DNA of 64,000 nt from Phycisphaerae bacterium. GTDB lineage: Bacteria; Planctomycetota; Phycisphaerae; UBA1845. Position 1 is the stretch's first letter. Each line of letters starts with the position of its first letter. This document shows, in pieces, positions 57,399 to 64,000 of this stretch. The notes under the pieces were generated by a model, which was not told where the DNA came from, searched no databases, and saw nothing but the letters and a program-made list of their open reading frames with translations. The stretch is from the NCBI GenBank assembly GCA_963666835.2, contig CAXXGO010000006.1, positions 1,120,001 to 1,184,000 of the forward strand, given 5' to 3'. Both the position numbers and the translations under genes were made by a program.

Positions 57399-60300
57399 CT
57401 ACTCTCTACATTGTCGATTCAGCTTGGAGTCGTCTGCGAGCGACGCAGGTTGCAGCGTAATGCCCACAGCAACTTCGGCCCCCGGGCTTGCCTCAAAGGC
57501 CATTGGCCGGGCGAACTGGCCTATCAAGGACGTGCTTTCTCCACCTTGGAGGTTGACGATGAACGTGCCGGCGGCATCCGGCGACGCCTGCAACACGAAC
57601 GTCCCGAGATACAGATCGCCGATGGCGTCGACGCTGTCGGTCAGGGAGACCGCTCCGAGCCGGCGGCCAATCTCGTCCACTGCAGGCAACGCGTCGACCA
57701 AGGCAAAGGCGTAGTCCTCGTGCTCGACGTCGATAAAGAGGCTATCCACATCGAGCGATCCCGAGTCACCGGATGACACATCGAGAGCCACCTCGTAGGC
57801 ACTAACGCCATGGGCGCCGGTCGTGAACACGTCGATTGCCACCGCGCCGCCCGCCGGCACGGTGGTCTTTCGAGGAATGAGAGTGATTGTGGCCTCAGCG
57901 GCCTTAGCCGAGTTAGCAATCAGGATTCCGCCGGCATCCCGGATCAACTGCTCGGGGAACGGGAGTTCGGCAGCGTCCGCTTCACCCCCGTCCGAGCTCG
58001 CCAAGACGAAACCCCCGCCGGAGCACGAATCCGGATTACTGTACGGATACGAATCTCCCTTGAACCCGTTCACCGCCAGCATTACATCCGACATGCTGAC
58101 TATTCTGTTGGGGACCTCTTCATGGAGGTCTACCCAAGTCGTCGGCGGTGCGGTGGGGGCGTGCATGAAGCCCTGGAGCACGGCCATGATGTCGTCCATG
58201 GAGGTGTTTCCATTCGGCGGAGTCCAAGTACCGGCGAAGGGTCCCACGCAGTCGGCCCAGAACTTCATCCCCGGCTGCGGGATAGTACTTACCGCCAGCG
58301 GGTCGGAGAAGTACACCTGGTCCGTGGTCGCGCGGATTTCATAATCCGCCACCGGGACGATCTCGCAGTCTCCGACGTCCACAACTGCCGGCCAGGAGCT
58401 GCTGAAGTAGGGCTCGTCCATCACATACGCGGTGTTGTCGCCGTCCGGTTCACCCACCCAGGCGACGATCGGACCGCCCGGCCCGGCGACCATCTCCACC
58501 TGGTATGCAATGGTGTTGGTGCCGTTGTTCGGCTGGAAGGAGATGTAGCGGTTCTTCGGTACCGGGACCGGTTCCGGCAGGGGCGCCGGCGGCAGAATCG
58601 TGATTTCGTCGTCCGCCACGGCGCCGTTGTTCGCGGTATCGGTTTCGTCCTCAACAGGGTCGGCATAAGCGCCAGCGAGGTACTCTCCCGGAGGCACCAC
58701 GGAGGTATCCCACAGGAAAGTGAGTTCGTCCTGCGCGCCGAGTGGCAGGTCATTGACAGTTTGCACGTCGATGGTCCCGCCCGGCAGGGCGTTGCCGTCG
58801 GCGTCGGAGAAGTAGATGCCGTCGAGGCGATACCAACTGCTGGCCTGAGTGTAGTCCCAGGAGCCTTCTACGTGCTTTATGGCCACGGTCAGGTTGGACT
58901 TGTCAATACCAGCGGGAATCGCGCGTGTGTACCGCTTCCAGGTGCGCCCGTCCGCTCCGACCGCAGTGGAGTCGTAGTAATCGTAGTGGTTTGGGTTGCA
59001 GCCCTCATGGTTTCCCCAGCAGTCGCATCTCAAATCGTATGTTTCGGTGCTCGCCCCATCGGAAAGGAGCAACGAGATTCGCCATTTATACCTGCTGCTG
59101 GTGGTGTAGCCGTCTCCGGATACCCACAGGGTGACGTAATCAGCCGTCGTGACCACCGGTGTTTCCGCCGTCAGGTACTGCGATGATGCGTTACCGCTAC
59201 TGTCGGGCCAAGTGGAGGTTGTCTGCAAGTATGAGTACAGGGCCTGGCTTCCAGTGAAGAAGTAGTCGTCCACGATTTCGAGATCATCCCCTGTTGGCGG
59301 CACGCCGTCGTGGGCGGTAAGGCTGTAATCCCAAGCAGTGATATCGCTCTTCTCCGTTCCGGGTGGATCCGGCTCGAAATCGCCGTTGGCAATCGTACCG
59401 GCCCCGTAGAAGGCGGTCACATTGAACGTCTCGGTGTAGTCGCCCATGTTTTCGACCGTGACATCTATCGAGGCTATGTCACCCTGGGCCACGACGGTGT
59501 CTGTGGGGACTACGTCCGCGACGGCCACATCGTGCTTACCGAAGAACGCCGTCAGGGCGTGGTCGTCATCGATCAGCACGGTGTACGGGTTGTCCGATCC
59601 CACATCGACGGAGTCCAGTTCCCAGTGGTCGAAGACGTAATGCTCATCCGGAATCGCGGTGACGGCCACCATAGAATCGACGAGATGCTCGTACTCTCCG
59701 GGGACCGGATCCGTGGTCCCGCCGTCGGTGGTGGAGATCGTCAGGGCGTAGTGCAATTCGACCGTAACCGTATCGCCCACCAGGACATTGTCTGCCAAGT
59801 TGGCTTCATCCTCCAGAGGATGGGCAACCGCAAAGACGGGATAGTCTCCCGGAGGCACCCCGGTCGTATCCCAGAGGAAGGCCAGGCCTGTTTGGGCGCC
59901 GCCGTCGAGCTCAGTCACGGTCTGCATTCCGATGGCACCACCGGGAGCGGCATTGCCGTCGGCGTCGGAGAAGTAGATGCCGTCGAGACGATACCAGCTT
60001 GCGGATTGGGTGTAGTCCCACGAGTTGCGATGGTGTTTGATCGTCACCGTCAGGTTCGATCTGTCCATCTCCGGAGGGATGGCTCTGGTATAGCGTTTCC
60101 AGGTTTGCCCGTCGGCCCCGGTCGCAGTCGCATCGTAATAGTCGTAGTGGTTGGGCGTGCAACCCTCGTTGAGCCCCCAGCAATCACAGCGGAGCTTCTC
60201 ACTGTAGTTGTTTGCGCCGTCGGTGAGCTGCAGTTGGATGTTCCAGTAGTATCTACTGCTGGTGGTGTAGCCGGCTCCGCCGACCCAAAGGGTGATGTAA

Positions 60301-61406
60301 TCGGCGGTCGTGACTGCCGGTTCCGAAGTTGAGAGGTACTGCGCTGCCCGACAATTGGAGTGATCCGGAGGCGCGCTGTCGGTTTGCATGTGGAAGTAGA
60401 CGGATTGGTCGCCGGTGAAGTAGTAGTCGTCCACGATGAGTAGCTCGTTGATCTCCGGAGTCGTACCTAATTCAGAGACCATTTCGAAGTCCCAATCCGT
60501 GATGTCGTCCTTCTCCGTTCCCGGCGGGTCCGCTTCGAAGCCGCTGTTGGGTATGGTGCCGGACCCGTAGAGGGCGGTTACGTCGAAGGTTGCGGGGCAG
60601 TTGGCCAGGTTCTCGACGGTAACGTCGACTGAGAGTGAGTCGCCCTGCTCCACCGTGGTCGCGGCCGGGATTACGCTGACCACGGCGATGTCGCCGTCCT
60701 CACAGGGGTTACCGTCGGCGTCGGAGAAGTAGACGTCGTCGAGTCGAAACCAGCTTGCAGCTTCGGTGTAGTCCCACGAGTTGCGATGGTGTTTGATCGT
60801 CACCGTCAGGTTCGATTTGTCCATTTCCGGCGGGATGGCTCTAGTATAGCGTTTCCAGGTCTGCCCGTCCGCCCCGGTTGCGGTGGCGTCGTAGTAGTCG
60901 AAGTGGTTGGGCGTGCAACCCTCATTGAGCCCCCAACAATCGCAGCGGAGCTTCTCACTATAGTTGTGCACGCCGTCGGTGAGCTGCAGTTGGATGTTCC
61001 AGTAGTATCTGCTGCTGGTGCTGTAGCCCGCGCCGCCGACCCACAGGGTAACGTAGTCGGCGTCCGTGCTTACGGGCTCCGACGTCGACAGGTACTGCGC
61101 CGCTCGGCAGTTCGAATGATCCGGCGGATTGCTGTCGGTCTGCAGGTGAAGGTAGACCGACTGATCGCCCGTGAAGTAGTAGTCATCTACGATGACCGCC
61201 TCGTTGATCTCCGGTGCCGTACCTAATTCGGAGACCATCTCGAAGTCCCAATCGGTGATGTCGTCTTTCTCCGTTCCCGGTGGGTCGACCTCGAAGCTGC
61301 TGTTGAGGATGTCGTCCGCCCGGACACTTGGTGCTGACAGGGCCGTGCAGAGGAGGCCTATCAGGATCACTGCCGCCAACCGAGTAGATGTGCTCTGCGT
61401 GTACAT
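57399..61406 (-). CDS. Large secreted protein: three ~200-aa jelly-roll-like repeats, two CARDB-like domains, InlB-B-like repeat, KNRY/dockerin-like module and C-terminal cohesin-like domain
   Basis: SD AAGGAG plus signal peptide; N..FE.DPPGTEK.DIT.WD...RLD..YFSDADGN x3; D.AV..V.P..T.V.QGD...DVTVEN; KNRYISF...WADCVG; TVPAGGAVAIDV...YLGTFVLQAS.DAAGTF.VNL. Confidence 0.8.
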   Translation of the reverse strand: MYTQSTSTRLAAVILIGLLCTALSAPSVRADDILNSSFEVDPPGTEKDDITDWDFEMVSELGTAPEINEAVIVDDYYFTGDQSVYLHLQTDSNPPDHSNCRAAQYLSTSEPVSTDADYVTLWVGGAGYSTSSRYYWNIQLQLTDGVHNYSEKLRCDCWGLNEGCTPNHFDYYDATATGADGQTWKRYTRAIPPEMDKSNLTVTIKHHRNSWDYTEAASWFRLDDVYFSDADGNPCEDGDIAVVSVIPAATTVEQGDSLSVDVTVENLANCPATFDVTALYGSGTIPNSGFEADPPGTEKDDITDWDFEMVSELGTTPEINELLIVDDYYFTGDQSVYFHMQTDSAPPDHSNCRAAQYLSTSEPAVTTADYITLWVGGAGYTTSSRYYWNIQLQLTDGANNYSEKLRCDCWGLNEGCTPNHYDYYDATATGADGQTWKRYTRAIPPEMDRSNLTVTIKHHRNSWDYTQSASWYRLDGIYFSDADGNAAPGGAIGMQTVTELDGGAQTGLAFLWDTTGVPPGDYPVFAVAHPLEDEANLADNVLVGDTVTVELHYALTISTTDGGTTDPVPGEYEHLVDSMVAVTAIPDEHYVFDHWELDSVDVGSDNPYTVLIDDDHALTAFFGKHDVAVADVVPTDTVVAQGDIASIDVTVENMGDYTETFNVTAFYGAGTIANGDFEPDPPGTEKSDITAWDYSLTAHDGVPPTGDDLEIVDDYFFTGSQALYSYLQTTSTWPDSSGNASSQYLTAETPVVTTADYVTLWVSGDGYTTSSRYKWRISLLLSDGASTETYDLRCDCWGNHEGCNPNHYDYYDSTAVGADGRTWKRYTRAIPAGIDKSNLTVAIKHVEGSWDYTQASSWYRLDGIYFSDADGNALPGGTIDVQTVNDLPLGAQDELTFLWDTSVVPPGEYLAGAYADPVEDETDTANNGAVADDEITILPPAPLPEPVPVPKNRYISFQPNNGTNTIAYQVEMVAGPGGPIVAWVGEPDGDNTAYVMDEPYFSSSWPAVVDVGDCEIVPVADYEIRATTDQVYFSDPLAVSTIPQPGMKFWADCVGPFAGTWTPPNGNTSMDDIMAVLQGFMHAPTAPPTTWVDLHEEVPNRIVSMSDVMLAVNGFKGDSYPYSNPDSCSGGGFVLASSDGGEADAAELPFPEQLIRDAGGILIANSAKAAEATITLIPRKTTVPAGGAVAIDVFTTGAHGVSAYEVALDVSSGDSGSLDVDSLFIDVEHEDYAFALVDALPAVDEIGRRLGAVSLTDSVDAIGDLYLGTFVLQASPDAAGTFIVNLQGGESTSLIGQFARPMAFEASPGAEVAVGITLQPASLADDSKLNRQCRE

Positions 61407-61669
61407 CGTGTTTCTCCTTGTATCGTTGAGTCTCATTGACTCTCATGGAGTTTCGATGGAGTCCGGAGCGCCGTTGCTTCGGACGGTTCAGGGTCGGTCC
61501 CGAGCCCGCTGCCGGGGGCGAGTTGGGGCGATGATCGGGGTCCTTTCCGCACCCGAAGTTGACTCCGCCCGGTCTGCCGGACGGCTCTGTCCCACGCTCG
61601 ACAACCGTCGACCGCGGGTGAATACGAGCGAGCCCGCGATGTCTGACACCCAAAAAAAGGGGTCGGGAG

Positions 61670-63148
61670 CAATAGTGTTCGGCACTCAGATTGCGTATGG
61701 CGATGGATGCCGCAGAGGAGGGGCGCGGCCTTGTTTCGGTAGTGGGCGTCTTTTGGAGGAGCGTACCGAGAGAAATCCGCGCATGCGCAGCGGCCGGTTC
61801 CGTGCGGGCGCCACGACGCGGCTATGCTTGTGGTTTCAGTTTTTCGATGTGGGCGAGCAACTCCTCATCGTCCGCCAGGCCGCTCATGTGGAAGCAGAGC
61901 ATTTCGTACGTGCGAAGAGTCGGCTTTCGCCCCGTCCATAGCGCGATCAACAAGCATGCGATGATCGCGACATAAGTCTGTATCTCGATTCCATTCTCGC
62001 AGTGGCTCAACAGATGTCGACAGCCCAGTATGTGCTTGAAAAAACGAAAAAACGTCTCGACTGCCCAGCGGTTCTTGTAGATCAGAGCGATGACTTCCGG
62101 CTCGACGTCCATGATGTCGGTAGCCACCAGAAGCACTTCGCCCTGTTCGGGGCCGCCTCGCCCGTTCTTGTGGGTGTGCCGGTGGGGGTTGCACACGATC
62201 TTGACCAGACGCAGGGGCTGATTCAGCCCAGCTCTGGCGGCCTGGCCGCCAGTGAATCGAACAGTTAGATCGCTTTGAACTTCGCCGGCCTTGGCCACGT
62301 GGTCCGCTGAGGACGGGGTCCTGTCCTCAAGAACCTCGTACACGCTGTTGTCACGGACGCGGCACACGAAAGAGGACTTCACCTTAAGAATGTCGGCGAA
62401 CAGCTCGAACTTGGCGTACCCTCGATCCATCACGTACACCCGATCGGGCAGTAGGCTTCTTTGGAGCGCAGCCCGTTCGTTGCCATCGCCGTCCGTGAGG
62501 TCCATGCGGGTTGGCACCCCCTTGAGCAACTCGAAGTGCGTGTGCAGTTTGAGGCCATGCGCACCCTTCACATCGCTCCACATCGCTTGCACGAGCTTGG
62601 GAAGGGCGGATAACACAGTTCCGTCGATCAGCGTGATAATGCCACGGATGTCCTTGAATTCCCGGTTACCCGCAAGGGCCGGCAGTTCGTCGACCACCTC
62701 TTGGATGATGCCGCGAAGCAGGTCGGCGTCAAACACGCGAGCCGCTTCGGAGAGTGAACCGAGTGAGGCTCTCGAGCACCCGAGATTCTTTTGAACTTTC
62801 TTGAGTTCGCTGGTCTGCTGGATCCCGCGCAGGCTCGTCACGATCGGGTTGAAGAAATACAGCAGGATGAGTGCGGCGTACTGGTCGTAGTGCAAATCGC
62901 GGTTGCCGGCCCGATCCCGTTCACACGCCGTATCGTGCAGCCGCTCCAGAATCCTGTTGAGGAACTTGAAGTGCTTGAAGCCCCTCAAGTCAGGCTCCTC
63001 GATCTTCTTCTTGCGCCTTCCCGCCATGGACCCGATTATGCGCGACCGGCGGCGCGAGCGCAAGCAAAGCCTGGCGCGAATTTGTCGTGCCGAAGCGGGG
63101 CTTGACGGTATCGTCAATCAAACGCAATCTGAGTGCCGAACACTATTG
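61670..63148 (-). mobile_element. IS4-family insertion sequence (1479 bp), intact
   Basis: 27-bp perfect TIR CAATAGTGTTCGGCACTCAGATTGCGT; 9-bp target duplication GGTCGGGAG at 61661-61669 and 63149-63157. Confidence 0.93.
61822..63027 (-). CDS. IS4-family DDE transposase
   Basis: LIDGT, VMDRGY, YKNRWAVETFFRFFK (YREK motif). Confidence 0.93.
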   Translation of the reverse strand: MAGRRKKKIEEPDLRGFKHFKFLNRILERLHDTACERDRAGNRDLHYDQYAALILLYFFNPIVTSLRGIQQTSELKKVQKNLGCSRASLGSLSEAARVFDADLLRGIIQEVVDELPALAGNREFKDIRGIITLIDGTVLSALPKLVQAMWSDVKGAHGLKLHTHFELLKGVPTRMDLTDGDGNERAALQRSLLPDRVYVMDRGYAKFELFADILKVKSSFVCRVRDNSVYEVLEDRTPSSADHVAKAGEVQSDLTVRFTGGQAARAGLNQPLRLVKIVCNPHRHTHKNGRGGPEQGEVLLVATDIMDVEPEVIALIYKNRWAVETFFRFFKHILGCRHLLSHCENGIEIQTYVAIIACLLIALWTGRKPTLRTYEMLCFHMSGLADDEELLAHIEKLKPQA

Positions 63149-63242
63149 GGTCGGGAGTCTTTTTCTGGCTTGAACGGGGACGCGGAAGCTGAGAGAATAA
63201 CGTACGGCTTCGAAGGGGGTGTTCGGCATGACGTATTCCGAA

Positions 63243-63361
63243 GAAAAAAGGGGTCGGGAGTCTTTTTCTCTCCAGTTCTTGTGTTGGTGTGCGATGCTTG
63301 CGCAAGAACTGCCTTGTATGAGGCGAACGTGGGCCGAGAAAAAGACTCCCGACCCCTTTTT
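63243..63361. repeat. Inverted pair of AAAAAGGGGTCGGGAGTCTTTTTC REP-like repeats
   Basis: Copy at 63243-63270, inverted copy at 63336-63361, degenerate copy at ~63952-63980, and a split copy flanking the IS. Confidence 0.8.
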
Positions 63362-63379
63362 GGGGGGTCGCCGGTGAGT

Positions 63380-63952
63380 ATGACTACGCGGCCGAGTCTG
63401 TTGCAGCGGGTGCGAGACCGCCGAGACGGCGCGAGCTGGCGGGAGTTCGTCGAGATCTACCAGCCGCTCATATATCGATACGCCCGGGCGCGGGGCTTGA
63501 ACCGCGAGATGGCCGAGGAGGTTGCGCAGCAGTGCATGGTACTGCTGGCCGAGAAGATGCCGGCCTTCGAATACTCCCGCGAGAAGGGCGGGTTCAAACA
63601 CTGGCTGCGCCGGGTCGCCAACAACCGCATCAACGACTTCTTCAAGAAGAAGAAGCTGCCGGTGGCCCAGACCGCCGATTTCCGCCGGCCACAAGAGCGA
63701 GAGGAGTCCTTCGACGAAATCTGGGAGCGCCAGTGGCAGAAGAAGCACCTGACGTATTGCCTGAACCTCATCCGCGACAGCGTGGCTCCGACGACCTATC
63801 GGGCGTTTGAATGCCATGTGCTGATCGGCTGGCCCGTGGAGAAGGTGGCCGAGACGCTCGAGCTATCCGCGGATCAAGTCTACGCGGCCAAGTCGCGGAT
63901 CACCCGCAAGCTGCGCAGCAAGATGCGCGAGCTGCTCGGCGACGACGCGTGA
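63380..63952 (+). CDS. ECF-family RNA polymerase sigma factor (Planctomycete type)
   Basis: TRPSLLQRVRD..D..SWREF...Y.PLI, AEEVAQ, F..WL.RVA.N, VAETLELS.DQVYAAKSR. Confidence 0.9.
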   Translation: MTTRPSLLQRVRDRRDGASWREFVEIYQPLIYRYARARGLNREMAEEVAQQCMVLLAEKMPAFEYSREKGGFKHWLRRVANNRINDFFKKKKLPVAQTADFRRPQEREESFDEIWERQWQKKHLTYCLNLIRDSVAPTTYRAFECHVLIGWPVEKVAETLELSADQVYAAKSRITRKLRSKMRELLGDDA

Positions 63953-64000
63953 AAGAAGGGGTTCAGGAGTCTCTTTCTCCCGTATTCTCCTCTGCTCTCA

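Noticed and set aside
58790..61315. Diversity-generating retroelement TR/VR pair
   Set aside because: The repeats are in-frame whole-domain duplications, differences look mostly synonymous rather than adenine-specific, and no reverse transcriptase is in the window.
62903..63379. N-terminal extension of the 349-aa ECF ORF
   Set aside because: It runs through the IS end and REP repeats; sigma homology begins at ATG 63380.

Overview
GC-rich bacterial chromosomal window, most likely a Planctomycetota (Phycisphaerae-like) genome. The assignment is inferred from the PVC-signature small basic protein, a DUF1559-like prepilin protein, a Planctomycete-type ECF sigma factor and DCNxNGIPDxC-repeat proteins. 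Contents in order: a partial OprB porin; an AAA-ATPase with a truncated DUF3226 partner; SWIM-SNF2 and RecQ helicases; a ~20 kb block of very large secreted Cys/Asp-rich proteins ending in dockerin-like modules; MutS-like, RRM, PHP and hydrolase genes; a complete iscRSUA-hscBA-fdx operon; an orphan 5S rRNA followed by an unannotated 32-aa hydrophobic ORF; cdaA-cdaR; a SMUG1-type glycosylase; thrS-infC (both apparently with non-AUG starts); tdk; an S8 protease with a dockerin followed by a cohesin-like PEP-CTERM protein; a large CARDB/repeat protein with dockerin-like and cohesin-like ends; an intact IS4 element inserted into a REP-like repeat; and an ECF sigma factor. Best candidates for novelty: (1) a PEP-CTERM-anchored cohesin/dockerin surface complex, (2) the small hydrophobic-peptide gene with a structured leader behind the 5S gene, (3) a putative tRNA-mimic thrS leader. 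All domain calls were made by eye from motifs, not from database searches.
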